The notes under the pieces were generated by a model. The model did not search any database. It saw nothing but the letters and a program-made list of their open reading frames with translations, and was not told where the DNA came from. A stretch of 64,000 nt of DNA from an uncultured bacterium (lineage in GTDB: Bacteria > Patescibacteriota > Minisyncoccia > Phycocordibacterales > PALSA-1337): the NCBI GenBank assembly GCA_903839725.1, contig CAIMDG010000002.1, forward strand, positions 1,078 through 65,077, in the 5' to 3' direction. The position numbers were made by a program, and so were the translations under genes. The stretch's first letter is position 1; each line of letters opens with the position of its first letter. Positions 19,336-29,481 of the stretch are shown piece by piece.

Positions 19336-22300
19336 TTATTCTTCTGCTGGACGATTTGCACTGAGTGCATCAACCATCGCTTTCTTTGGTGATCCTGGAT
19401 AACCAGAACCAGCGGGAACGAGACGACCGATGATAACATTTTCCATAAGACCGGTGAGATCATCATCAGCACCACGAACGGCATTTGAGATGAGGACACG
19501 AGTGGTGTGCTGGAATGATGCGGCTGACAAGAAACTCTTACGTGAGAGAGATGTTTCTGTAATACCCATCACCAACTTCTCAACCTTTGCTGCAGAACCT
19601 CCAGCTGCCTTGGCGAGACTATTCTCTTCTGAAAGATGTGTCTCATCGACAATCATTCCTTCAGTGAGGTTTGTATCACCTGCATCCTTGACGCGACGGC
19701 GACTGAACATTTGCTTCACGATAAGCTCAATGTGCTTACGAGAAACTGTTTCACCCTGGAGTTCGTAAATCTTTCCAACTTCACCGATAACGTATTCCTT
19801 GGCACGCTCTTCACCGCCAAATTCAAATACTTCTTCAATATCAGCAGAACCGTCTGTGAGAAGATCTCCCTTCTTCACGCGATCACCAATCTTGACGAAG
19901 ACTGTACGGCGATATGCGAATGTGTATTCAACTTCAGCTGCCTTTTTATTGCCCTTATCTTCGAGCTCAGGAAGAACCTTGATAAGTTTTTCCTTGCCCA
20001 TTTCTTTGACGTCTGTAACAACACCGTCAACAGAAGCAACAACGGCTGGGTTCTTTGGACGACGCTTTTCGAAGATTTCTTCAACACGAGGGAGACCTTG
20101 AGTAATGTCTCCACCAGCTGAAGCGGCTCCTCCGGCGTGGAATGTACGCATTGTAAGCTGTGTTCCTGGTTCACCGATAGCTTGTGCAGCAACAGTACCG
20201 ACAGCTTCACCGAGTGCAATCATGCCATTTTTACCGAGGTCGAGACCGTAACATGTTGAACATACACCGCGTACTGTTTTACATGAGAGTGGTGAACGAA
20301 CTTGGACAGCAGTGATTCCCACTTCTTCTACCTTTGCAGCATCCAACTTTGAAAGTAGATGACCCTTCTCAAAGAGAACCTTGCCTGAAGCATCAGTGAT
20401 ATCTGCAGCGATCACGCGACCACGAATGTTCTTTGAAAGTGGAATTGCGAGACCTGACGCTGTTTGCTTCTTGATAGTAATAGAATCCTTTGTTCCGCAG
20501 TCTTCTTCAGAGACAACGACATCTTGAGCAACGACGAACAACTTACGAGTGAGGTATCCGGCCTTCGCTGTGTTGAGCGCTGTGTCTGTAAGACCCTTAC
20601 GTGAACCGTGTGTCGTAATGAAGTATTCAATTGGAGTCAAACCTTCCTTAGCACATGAGAGAATTGGGAATTCAATAGTTTCTCCTGAAACCGAAGCAAT
20701 GAGACCCTTCATACCTGCCATGATAGTGATCTGTGAGAGAGAACCGCGGGCTCCAGAGTTAACCATGTCATAGACTGATCCATTCTTATCGAGAGATGCA
20801 GGAATAGTCTTTTCAACTTCACTCTTGGCATGCTGCCAGATTTCAATATTCTTGCGGATACGTTCCTCTTCAGTGAGCAAACCGTCAGCAAACTGGTTTG
20901 TAACATTTTCTGCACGAACCTTAGCAGCCTTGATAATGGCATGCTTTGCTTCTGGAATCATGATGTCATCAATACCCCATGTTGTACCTGAAAATGTTGC
21001 ATACTTGAATCCGAATGCCTTGATGCTGTCCAAAATTGGAGCAACATGTTCTGCGCCACGAAGTGTGATCATGTCATCGATAATTGAAGAGATGCCCTTG
21101 CGACCCACTTCAGCATTGATGAATGCGTAATCTTCTGGAAGAACATTGTTGAGGAGGATACGGCCAACTGTTGTTTCGAAGATTTTGCCCTTGAATGCAG
21201 CGTACTTCTTTGTATCTGGTGCGAGCACGCGAACCTTGGCACGAAGATCAATATGCTTGAAACTGTGTGCAAGAATCGCAGCATCAGGAGTTTCGAACGC
21301 TTTACCTTCACCGAGAGATCCAGCCACCATCTTTGTAACCCAGAAACATCCGAGCACAATGTCGAGAAGCTTTGCAGCAACTGTTGGATCATTGTTACCT
21401 GGCTTCAAGATATTTCTATCAGATGCCATGATCATCTTTGCTTCGAGCTGAGCTTCTTCTGACAATGGAACGTGAACGGCCATCTGGTCACCGTCGAAGT
21501 CAGCGTTGAAGGCTGTACAGACGAGTGGGTGAACGTGAATAGCATTACCTTCGATAAGGATAGGCTGAAAGGCCTGAATACCGAGACGGTGCAATGTAGG
21601 AGCACGGTTCAAAAGAACGTACTTACCCTTGATAACTTCTTCGAGAATTTCCCAGACTTCCTTGGCACCATCATCGATGAGACGATTTGCACCGCGGATA
21701 TTGTATGCGAGTTCTCTCTTCAAAAGACCTGCAATAACGAATGGGCGGAATAGTTCGAGAGCCATGTGCTTTGGAAGACCACATTGATCAAGACGGAGTT
21801 CTGGACCAACCACGATCACTGAACGGCCTGAATAGTCCACACGCTTACCGAGCAAGTTTTGGCGGAAGAGACCACGCTTTGATTTCAAACTATCTGAGAG
21901 TGACTTGAGCGCACGCTTCTGAGCCGCAGCTGCAGCAGCACCTGCTGATGAACTGTGACGAATTGAGTTATCGATAAGAGCATCAACTGCTTCTTGGAGG
22001 ATACGCTTTTCATTGCGGAGAATAACTTCTGGAGCATTGATTTCTTTCAATTTCAAAAGACGATTGTTGCGGTTGATCACACGACGATAGAGGTCATTCA
22101 CGTCTGATGTCGCATAGCGACCACCTTCGAGGGCAACCATAGGACGGAGACCTGGTGGAATAACTGGAATACGAATGAGGAACATCCATTCTGGACGGAC
22201 CTTTGCTTTGATCATCTGCTTCACGAGTGAGAGACGCTTTGAAAGCTTCTCACGATCTGCTGAACCAGCATTGTCATGAGCTTCAGTGAGTTCTTTCTGG

Positions 22301-23004
22301 AGCTTGTCGAGATCAACTTTCTTCAAGAGATCATAGACTGCTTCTGCACCGATAGTAGCTTCAAAAAGTGAACCATACTTCATGGCAAACTTGTGATATG
22401 TTGCCTCATCCATAACTGTACCTGGTACGAGACTCTCGATTTCCTTGCGAGCATTGACGACAAGTTCTTTCAAAGCTTCCTTTGTCTTGTCATCTTGAGC
22501 TGTCTTCACCTTACTCTTGTATTCACTATCGAGATCCTTGAGGAACTGTTCTTTTTCTCCTTCATGAACCTTGTTGATCATGTATCCTGCGAAGTAAACA
22601 ACCTTTTCGAGATCAGATGTTGTCATGCCGAGCACGAGACCGATACGTGAAGGAACTGAACGGAGGAACCAGATGTGAGATACCGGTGATGCAAGTTCAA
22701 TGTGACCCATGCGTTCACGACGAACGATAGAACGAGTTATTTCAACTCCACATTTTTCACAGACAATTCCCTTGTAGCGAATGCCGCGATACTTTCCGCA
22801 GTAACACTCATAGTCACGATCTGGACCGAAGATGCGTTCATCGAAGAGACCACTCTTTTCAGAGCGCTGAGTACGATAGTTAATAGTTTCTGGCTTGGTA
22901 ACTTCACCATATGACCATTCGATGATCTTGTCAGGTGACGCCAATGTCAAACGAACGACATTGAAATTCTGAGGATCAAGTGCTTTTTTTGTGTTGATTT
23001 CCAT
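19336..23004 (-). CDS. rpoC: RNA polymerase beta' subunit
   Basis: NADFDGDQM catalytic motif, GKRVDYSGRSVIV, GEPGTQLTMRTFH; start set at MEINT. Confidence 0.98.
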   Translation of the reverse strand: MEINTKKALDPQNFNVVRLTLASPDKIIEWSYGEVTKPETINYRTQRSEKSGLFDERIFGPDRDYECYCGKYRGIRYKGIVCEKCGVEITRSIVRRERMGHIELASPVSHIWFLRSVPSRIGLVLGMTTSDLEKVVYFAGYMINKVHEGEKEQFLKDLDSEYKSKVKTAQDDKTKEALKELVVNARKEIESLVPGTVMDEATYHKFAMKYGSLFEATIGAEAVYDLLKKVDLDKLQKELTEAHDNAGSADREKLSKRLSLVKQMIKAKVRPEWMFLIRIPVIPPGLRPMVALEGGRYATSDVNDLYRRVINRNNRLLKLKEINAPEVILRNEKRILQEAVDALIDNSIRHSSSAGAAAAAAQKRALKSLSDSLKSKRGLFRQNLLGKRVDYSGRSVIVVGPELRLDQCGLPKHMALELFRPFVIAGLLKRELAYNIRGANRLIDDGAKEVWEILEEVIKGKYVLLNRAPTLHRLGIQAFQPILIEGNAIHVHPLVCTAFNADFDGDQMAVHVPLSEEAQLEAKMIMASDRNILKPGNNDPTVAAKLLDIVLGCFWVTKMVAGSLGEGKAFETPDAAILAHSFKHIDLRAKVRVLAPDTKKYAAFKGKIFETTVGRILLNNVLPEDYAFINAEVGRKGISSIIDDMITLRGAEHVAPILDSIKAFGFKYATFSGTTWGIDDIMIPEAKHAIIKAAKVRAENVTNQFADGLLTEEERIRKNIEIWQHAKSEVEKTIPASLDKNGSVYDMVNSGARGSLSQITIMAGMKGLIASVSGETIEFPILSCAKEGLTPIEYFITTHGSRKGLTDTALNTAKAGYLTRKLFVVAQDVVVSEEDCGTKDSITIKKQTASGLAIPLSKNIRGRVIAADITDASGKVLFEKGHLLSKLDAAKVEEVGITAVQVRSPLSCKTVRGVCSTCYGLDLGKNGMIALGEAVGTVAAQAIGEPGTQLTMRTFHAGGAASAGGDITQGLPRVEEIFEKRRPKNPAVVASVDGVVTDVKEMGKEKLIKVLPELEDKGNKKAAEVEYTFAYRRTVFVKIGDRVKKGDLLTDGSADIEEVFEFGGEERAKEYVIGEVGKIYELQGETVSRKHIELIVKQMFSRRRVKDAGDTNLTEGMIVDETHLSEENSLAKAAGGSAAKVEKLVMGITETSLSRKSFLSAASFQHTTRVLISNAVRGADDDLTGLMENVIIGRLVPAGSGYPGSPKKAMVDALSANRPAEE

Positions 23005-23014
23005 GGTCGTGATG

Positions 23015-26000
23015 TTATTCCTCGTCAGAGGTCTTAGTCTTGTTAATAAGCTCAATGTTCAATGCCAATCCACGCAATGTCTTCAACAAAACGTTGAATG
23101 ATGCAGGAAGGTTCGGCAATCTCATATGTTCACCCTTCACGATTGCATCGAAGGTCTGTGAACGACCGATAATATCGTCGGACTTAACAGTAAGGATTTC
23201 ACGGAGTGTGTGTGCTGCACCGTGACCGAGCAATGCCCAGACTTCCATTTCTCCAAAACGCTGACCTCCTCCTTGAGCTTTACCTCCGAGTGGCTGTTGT
23301 GTAATGAGAGAGTATGGACCAACTGAACGCATGTGGATCTTGTCTTCCACCATGTGGTGCAATTTGAGGATATACATGTATCCGACAGCAATAGGCTTGT
23401 CGAAGTGTTCTCCTGTGCGACCGTCGCGGAGTAACATTTTTCCCGATGCATCGTAGCCTGCCTTCACCAATTCTTGCTTGATTTCAGCATCAGTTGCTCC
23501 AGTGAATGGAGGAACGATAGCTTGATATCCGAGAGCATTGGCAGCGAGACCGAGGTGCAATTCGAGAATCTGTCCGAGGTTCATACGTGATGGCACGCCG
23601 AGTGGTGTGAGGATCACATCAACTGGAGTTCCATCTTCCATGTATGGCATATCTTCTTCAGGAAGGATGCGTGAGATAACACCTTTGTTACCGTGACGTC
23701 CGGCCATCTTGTCACCAACTGAAATATTACGAACTTGAGCGATCTCAACATAAATCTTCTTGATGATACCTGATTCGAGCTTATCACCCTTCTCACGTGA
23801 GAATACTTTGACTGAAATAACGCGACCACGCTTGCCGTTTTCCATACGCTTTGATGTGTCCTTCACATCGCGTGCCTTTTCTCCGAAAATCGAACGGAGC
23901 AAACGCTCTTCAGGTGTGAGTTGTGTCTCACCCTTTGGAGAAATCTTACCGACGATAATATCGCCTGGACGAACTTCTGCACCGATGCGGATAATACCTT
24001 CTTCGGTGAGGTTCTTGAGTTTTGCTTCACCAACGTTTGGAATATCGCAGGTAGTAACTTCGGGACCAAGTTTGGTGTCGCGAACATTCACGACGAACTC
24101 TTCGATATGGATAGAACTCCACTTACTATTCTTGACGACACGTTCTGAAAGGATGATCGCATCTTCGTAGTTATTTCCAGACCATGACATGAATGCAACG
24201 AGTGCATTGTGACCGAGGGCAATCTGACCATTTTCTGATGTTGATGTATCAACGAGCACATCACCCTTCTTAACCTTATCGCCGAGATTGACGATTGGAC
24301 GCTGGTGGAATGCGGTGAAACCGTTGGTACGCTGGAAGAGGACGAGATCAAAGACATGACTCTTTCCTGTTTTCTTTGACTTGAATGTCAATTTCTTTGC
24401 ATCGATATGTGTGATTTCACCATCTTCTGGTGCAACGATCACGCGGCCAGTATCGATAACTGCCTTTGCTTCAATACCTGTAGCAACAAATGGTGCTTCA
24501 GGAACGAGACATGGAGTTGCCTGTTTCTGCATGTTAGATCCCATGAGTGCGCGGTTCGCATCGTCGTGGTTCAAGAATGGAATGAGTGATGTTGCAACTG
24601 AGAACGCTTGGTTCGCAGCGACGTCCATATAATCAACTTCATTCTTGTGGGCCATGACTGGCTTACCATTCAAACGAACTTCAACGTCTTCAACGGTGAT
24701 AGTTCCATCTGCATCGTGAGGAGTTGCGGCGTGTGAGATGCGGAAGTTCTCTTCTTCAAGAGCATTCATGTACACAATTTCCTTGGTGACCTTACCATTC
24801 TTAACCTTGGCATACGGAGTCTCGATCATGCCGAAATCGTTGATACGAGCATACATAGCAAGACGAAGCACGAGACCGATGTTCGGACCTTCTGGTGTGT
24901 GGATAGGACAGAGGCGACCATAGTGAGATGGGTGCACGTCACGAACTTCGAAGCCTGCACGTTCACGTGAAAGACCTCCGGGTCCGAGAGCAGTGAGCTG
25001 ACGAAGGTTTTCGATTTCAGCAAGCGCATTTTCTTGTCCCATGAATTGAGACAATTGGTTGGTGGTGAAAAATTCCTTGATACGTGCCTGGAGAGGACGT
25101 GGATAAATAAATGAAACAGGAAGAGTCACATCAGGTTCAACAGTAGACATCTTGTCCTGAATGTTACGCTTCATCTGTGTAAGACCGAGACGGATACGCT
25201 GTTCGAGGAGTTCACCAACATATCTCACGCGGCGTGAACCGAGGTGATCGATGTCGTCAGCCTGCATGTCAGGAGTGATCGAAAGAGTTACCACGTGAGC
25301 AATGGTTGTTGCAATATCGTCGAGAGACAATGTCTTGCGTTCGAGTTCCTTTTCTTCCATAGACTTACCAAAACGCTTGTTGAAACGGAAACGACCAACA
25401 CGTGAGATATCATAACGATCTGGTGCGAGCAATGCTTGCATGAAGTTGCGTGCATTGTCTGCAGTTGCCAAATCACCATCACGAAGACGCTTGTGTATCT
25501 CTATATATGCTTCATCAACAGTCTTTGCATGATCCTTTGAAAGAGACTGTTCGATAGATTTGAGAGCATCAGGATTTCCCTTGAAGAGGTCAAGGATATC
25601 AGCATTTGTCTTTGCACCGAGGATGCGGAGCAATGATGTAACGGGAAACTTTCTCTTACGATCAATACGACAATAGATAGTACTATCACTATCGGTTTCA
25701 ATTTCCATCCAGACACCGCGAGCTGGAATGATCTTGGCACCGAAGTAATTCTTGCCCTTGAGTTCAGTAGCAGTAAAGAAAATACCAAATGAACGAGCAA
25801 GTTGAGGAGTGATGACACGTTCAACACCATTGATGATGAATGTACCGTGATCAGTCATAAGAGGAAAATCAGCCAAGAACATCTCTTGTTCTTTGACGAC
25901 ATTCAAGGACTTGTTCTTCAAAATAACCTTGACCTTGATTTGACCCTCGTAGTTCAACTTATTGTCCTTGGCGTAATGTTCACCAAATTTTGGACGAACG

Positions 26001-26206
26001 AGTTCGAGACCTCCGATCGAGAGTTCGAACTTTTTGTTGGCATAATCTGAAATAGGAGAAAACTCCTTGAGCAGATTTGAAAAGCCGTGCTCCATGAGCC
26101 ATGCGAACGAGGTGAGTTGTGACTCAACCAAGTGTGGCATCTCTGTGAGAGGTGCTTGGTAGCGTGAAAAGAATTTCTGCGGACGTGCGGTGTTGTGTAT
26201 CGACAT
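23015..26206 (-). CDS. rpoB: RNA polymerase beta subunit
   Basis: RDVHPSHYGR, DDANRALMGSNMQ, GDKMAGRHGNKG, GGQRFGEMEVWAL. Confidence 0.98.
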   Translation of the reverse strand: MSIHNTARPQKFFSRYQAPLTEMPHLVESQLTSFAWLMEHGFSNLLKEFSPISDYANKKFELSIGGLELVRPKFGEHYAKDNKLNYEGQIKVKVILKNKSLNVVKEQEMFLADFPLMTDHGTFIINGVERVITPQLARSFGIFFTATELKGKNYFGAKIIPARGVWMEIETDSDSTIYCRIDRKRKFPVTSLLRILGAKTNADILDLFKGNPDALKSIEQSLSKDHAKTVDEAYIEIHKRLRDGDLATADNARNFMQALLAPDRYDISRVGRFRFNKRFGKSMEEKELERKTLSLDDIATTIAHVVTLSITPDMQADDIDHLGSRRVRYVGELLEQRIRLGLTQMKRNIQDKMSTVEPDVTLPVSFIYPRPLQARIKEFFTTNQLSQFMGQENALAEIENLRQLTALGPGGLSRERAGFEVRDVHPSHYGRLCPIHTPEGPNIGLVLRLAMYARINDFGMIETPYAKVKNGKVTKEIVYMNALEEENFRISHAATPHDADGTITVEDVEVRLNGKPVMAHKNEVDYMDVAANQAFSVATSLIPFLNHDDANRALMGSNMQKQATPCLVPEAPFVATGIEAKAVIDTGRVIVAPEDGEITHIDAKKLTFKSKKTGKSHVFDLVLFQRTNGFTAFHQRPIVNLGDKVKKGDVLVDTSTSENGQIALGHNALVAFMSWSGNNYEDAIILSERVVKNSKWSSIHIEEFVVNVRDTKLGPEVTTCDIPNVGEAKLKNLTEEGIIRIGAEVRPGDIIVGKISPKGETQLTPEERLLRSIFGEKARDVKDTSKRMENGKRGRVISVKVFSREKGDKLESGIIKKIYVEIAQVRNISVGDKMAGRHGNKGVISRILPEEDMPYMEDGTPVDVILTPLGVPSRMNLGQILELHLGLAANALGYQAIVPPFTGATDAEIKQELVKAGYDASGKMLLRDGRTGEHFDKPIAVGYMYILKLHHMVEDKIHMRSVGPYSLITQQPLGGKAQGGGQRFGEMEVWALLGHGAAHTLREILTVKSDDIIGRSQTFDAIVKGEHMRLPNLPASFNVLLKTLRGLALNIELINKTKTSDEE

Positions 26207-26255
26207 GTTGTTGATAAAAATTATTAAACGGACATCGTTGCCATTGAATAGTAGT

Positions 26256-26389
26256 TTCGCAGAACGTAAAAGGCGCTCTCAGGGACGAGAACGTTAGAGA
26301 TGCACGTTACTGCAATTGAATATTCACTGGGTAGGATTAATGATAGACCTTTCTAATCCCTCGCTGTAAGGCAGAACACAATCTGCGAA
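26256..26389 (-). promoter_or_regulatory. Candidate structured 5' leader of rpoB
   Basis: Long non-coding stretch between a TTGACT..TGATAGGGT promoter-like motif (minus strand, ~26426-26399) and the ATG at 26206; enclosing stem TTCGCAGA/TCTGCGAA and inner hairpins. Confidence 0.4.
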
Positions 26390-26428
26390 GTTAGGAGAAC
26401 CCTATCATATAGGCAGAGAAAGTCAAGT

Positions 26429-26556
26429 AAACAAGGCGGGAGGGGTGTGCATACTCATTTTCTGCACTAGTTTAGAGACATGTACATTACACCACGTACC
26501 TCGATGTTTACAAACTTGTGCAGAAAATGAGTATGCACACCCCTCCCGCCTTGTTT
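26429..26556. repeat. Long palindromic element, family A, copy 2 (core reversed)
   Basis: 45-bp arms 26429-26473 / 26512-26556 (one mismatch); 38-bp core, 35/38 identical to copy 1 on the minus strand. Confidence 0.95.
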
Positions 26557-26665
26557 GAAATGACCTGCAATTAGGTCTGCTATTACCAATATATTGACAT
26601 CATACAATTAATATGATTATATTTCATCAAACAACCGAACATTACCAACAAGAAAGGCTACTACT

Positions 26666-27154
26666 ATGGTCTGGAATAGTGCAACAATTTCACAGGCAAG
26701 TAAGACGGACGCCCGATTGATGACACACGTAACACAAGCCAGGGCCTGCATTGAAGAGTGGAATGATGATCCGAAACAGTCCGATGCTTTCCTAGATTAT
26801 CAGTGTCACTCTATCTGTATTGCTTTAGCATCAATTATTCCTGGCCTAACTGTAGTTCACGGATGCTATTGCGGCTTAAAACAAAAATGGCACAAGGGTA
26901 AATTTGTAGACCTTGCATGGACCGCCAAAGATCATTCTTGGTTAACGACCCCAAATGGCAACATCATTGATCCTCATCCCGTAGGCATCATTGCCACAGA
27001 ACCGTTGCTGGTAATCGGCCGAGGTAAAAATGTAGCCTTCGGTGCTGGTCTATACTTCAAAGGTCATATCCAGAAAAGAAAATACTGTAACAAAAAAGTT
27101 GCGCAACAAGTAAAGGTTCTCATAACATTTTTGGAGAGTCGTCGCGCGAAATAA
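26666..27154 (+). CDS. Hypothetical protein (stand-alone ORFan)
   Basis: 162-aa ORF; TTGACA at 26594, SD-like GAAAGG, terminator 27173-27202; CH..HSW..IIDP pattern loosely transglutaminase-like. Confidence 0.6.
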   Translation: MVWNSATISQASKTDARLMTHVTQARACIEEWNDDPKQSDAFLDYQCHSICIALASIIPGLTVVHGCYCGLKQKWHKGKFVDLAWTAKDHSWLTTPNGNIIDPHPVGIIATEPLLVIGRGKNVAFGAGLYFKGHIQKRKYCNKKVAQQVKVLITFLESRRAK

Positions 27155-27215
27155 TCCAAGCGAAAAACTTTCACGAGGCACCTCACGGTGGCCTCGTTTT
27201 TTATTACCAACCTTT

Positions 27216-27236
27216 CGACAAGGCCTACCCTTGTCG
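27216..27236 (+). repeat. 18-bp REP-like hairpin repeat overlapping the trmD stop codon
   Basis: CGACAAGG-CCTAC-CCTTGTCG; 17/18 match to the copies at 6665 and 60841. Confidence 0.7.
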
Positions 27237-27941
27237 TTTCTTCTGATCCCCATCAGCCCGAACCGCTGTTCGCCACTCCTCTATATCCTTGTGATTCCCT
27301 CCCAAAAGCACCTTCGGCACACGATATTTCTTCTTTTTATACTCAATTACTTCAGGACGTGTATACACATCAGGACTAGCCACACGTTCTTCTTCGAGTG
27401 ACTGAATATCACCCAATACTCCAGGAATACGGCGAGTGATCGTATCAATCATAATCATGGCGGGAAGTTCGCCGCCCGTAAGTACGTACGGACCAACTGA
27501 TATATCGATCATAGGAAATGCTTTTTTCACACGAGCATCGATGCCTTCATAGCGGCCACAAACAAAAACAATATCTGTATACACCTTGAATGAGTCAGCA
27601 ATCTCATTGGTAAACTGTTGACCTGATGGACTAAAGAAAATAATTTTGACTGACTTTTTCCCTTTGGCTGTTTTAATTTTATTCCCAACCGCTTTTTCGA
27701 TTGCCTTAATAATGGGAAGTGCTTCAATCACCATTCCTGGACCTCCTCCATATGGGCGATTGTCGACACGTCGATCTGCATAACTTTGTTCTTTGTTCTT
27801 TTTTGATGAAACCGTAAAGTCACGAGGATTGTAGTATTTGATAGCGATTGCGCCTTTTTCTTGGGCACGCTTAACAATAGAGGCATTGAGATATGACTCG
27901 AACGATTCCGGGAATAGGGTTATAAGGTGAAAGGTAATCAT
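27225..27941 (-). CDS. trmD: tRNA (guanine-N1)-methyltransferase
   Basis: ITLFPE, RPYGGGPGMV, CGRYEGIDAR, YVLTGGELPA. Confidence 0.96.
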   Translation of the reverse strand: MITFHLITLFPESFESYLNASIVKRAQEKGAIAIKYYNPRDFTVSSKKNKEQSYADRRVDNRPYGGGPGMVIEALPIIKAIEKAVGNKIKTAKGKKSVKIIFFSPSGQQFTNEIADSFKVYTDIVFVCGRYEGIDARVKKAFPMIDISVGPYVLTGGELPAMIMIDTITRRIPGVLGDIQSLEEERVASPDVYTRPEVIEYKKKKYRVPKVLLGGNHKDIEEWRTAVRADGDQKKRQG

Positions 27942-28020
27942 GAATTAAAAAATCGTAGCACAGAGACTGTACCACGATTTCACGAACCTGTCAGCAAGCA
28001 CGATATTATCAGAGAAATAA

Positions 28021-28377
28021 TTATGGTAACGGAGGATGAATGACCATCGGGTTACGTTCCATAGCAAGACGATTTTGTTCGGTGAACCATTGCTCAACTT
28101 CGGGTGAAAAGCTTGTTCTAACCGCAACAACTTCCCTGCAATCAAGGCAGAATTTTGAATGTGGACCAGGAACAACAGCGTTTCCATGTGAACAAGTATC
28201 CTTCATCACTTGAATCTCCTGCGCAACCAATGTTGCTTCATGGAACAGTTTTTCGAAGCGTTCATTAAGCTCCCCGAGACGCGTTTGGAACTTGAGTGAA
28301 TCCATCTCTAGAACTGATTTCTTAATTCGATTCTTTTCGTCTGGACGAAGTTCAACAGTGCTATTTATAATATTCAT
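28021..28377 (-). CDS. Hypothetical protein with coiled coil and possible Zn-binding C/H residues
   Basis: 118-aa ORF; CSH..CLDC; own TTGACT-N17-TACGCT promoter-like motif. Confidence 0.5.
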   Translation of the reverse strand: MNIINSTVELRPDEKNRIKKSVLEMDSLKFQTRLGELNERFEKLFHEATLVAQEIQVMKDTCSHGNAVVPGPHSKFCLDCREVVAVRTSFSPEVEQWFTEQNRLAMERNPMVIHPPLP

Positions 28378-28414
28378 ACTAAAATAAAGCGTACACTAAG
28401 ATATTTATATAGTC

Positions 28415-28446
28415 AAAAAACAGAGCACGTTCATGCTCTGTTTTTT
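28415..28446. terminator. Intrinsic terminator
   Basis: AAAAAACAGAGCA-CGTTCA-TGCTCTGTTTTTT. Confidence 0.75.
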
Positions 28447-28466
28447 ATTCAAGTAAATTTGACGTA

Positions 28467-28820
28467 TTAATCTAATTTCAAATCCGCCATAGCCTCATCA
28501 ACTGTCTTTGAGTTTGGAGTTGAAAGTGGAACTGCAGGTGCTGTCATACCCATGCGCTCTGGATCCTTGAGTCCACCTACTGGTTCGTTAATCTTCAAGT
28601 TGACGCGTGAATTGTGCTTCATACCCACAACGCGAAGAAGGGTTCTAACTGCCTTGGCAGTATTGCCCTGACGACCAATGATCTTACCCATATCTGCTGC
28701 ACCACATTCGAGAGTGAGAAGAACTCCCATCTCATCTACTGTGCGAACTACCTTTACCTGATCTGGATTGTCGACTAATGCCTTAATAACGTATTCGAGA
28801 AACTGCTGATCTGTCTGCAT
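28467..28820 (-). CDS. khpA: KH-domain RNA-binding protein (KhpA/YlqC)
   Basis: ALVDNPD..DMGKIIGRQGNTAKAVRTLL; located between rpsP and trmD. Confidence 0.9.
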   Translation of the reverse strand: MQTDQQFLEYVIKALVDNPDQVKVVRTVDEMGVLLTLECGAADMGKIIGRQGNTAKAVRTLLRVVGMKHNSRVNLKINEPVGGLKDPERMGMTAPAVPLSTPNSKTVDEAMADLKLD

Positions 28821-28913
28821 AATCGTAATATTAAATTTCGTAATCGTACAGATGACTGCTGTACTGAAAGTATTGTAACAAAACCCCTATATTGAGCAAA
28901 CTGAGACTGTTGA

Positions 28914-29273
28914 CTACGCAGCTGGTGTAGGAACAACTTCTGGAGCTGGAGCGGCAGCTGGCTTTGCAGCTTCTGGTGCAACTTCCTTCTTGATAGGAGT
29001 GTGCAATGGGAGAGCATTCAACTTCTTGCCTGTGATAACTTTGTTATGAACGAGGTAATTGTGAAGTGTAAGAGAAAGCTTTGCACCCTTTGACATCCAA
29101 TACTTGATTGCTTCTGTATCTATCTGCTCTGGCTTATTTTTAATACGAGTATCATACCAACCCAAATTCTTGAGATATTTTCCACTCTTTGGACCATTCT
29201 TGGAATCGGTTAATACAACACGGAATGTTGGTTCGTGTTTGCGGCCTGTTCTTTGTAAGCGGATCATTAACAT
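28914..29273 (-). CDS. rpsP: 30S ribosomal protein S16
   Basis: MLMIRLQRTGRKHEPTFRVVLTDS..LGWYD; start at 29273. Confidence 0.95.
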   Translation of the reverse strand: MLMIRLQRTGRKHEPTFRVVLTDSKNGPKSGKYLKNLGWYDTRIKNKPEQIDTEAIKYWMSKGAKLSLTLHNYLVHNKVITGKKLNALPLHTPIKKEVAPEAAKPAAAPAPEVVPTPAA

Positions 29274-29321
29274 ATGTGGGTGAAAGCTTATCAGAATCGA
29301 TAATAAAACGCAAGATGTAGA

Positions 29322-29437
29322 GGCACACAGGGTACATGCACTCATTTCTCGCACAAGTTTGTAAACATTGTGGTACGCGGTGTAATGTACATGTCTCTAA
29401 ACTTGTGCGAGAAATGAGTGCATGTACCCTGTGTGCC
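29322..29437. repeat. Long palindromic element, family A, copy 3
   Basis: Perfect 39-bp arms 29322-29360 / 29399-29437; core 37/38 identical to copy 1; symmetry continues outward (ATAAAACGCAA 29303-29313 / TTGCGTTTTAT 29446-29456). Confidence 0.95.
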
Positions 29438-29481
29438 CTGCTACTTTGCGTTTTATATAGTTCTGATATACTTTCACCATT

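Noticed and set aside
19430-26050. Numerous 60-160 aa ORFs overlapping rpoB/rpoC and other long genes
   Set aside because: Shadow ORFs in alternative frames of well-supported genes, with no recognisable motifs.
29274-29354. N-terminal extension of S16 in the ORF track
   Set aside because: It runs through the promoter and palindrome arm; S16 homology begins at MLMIRL (29273).
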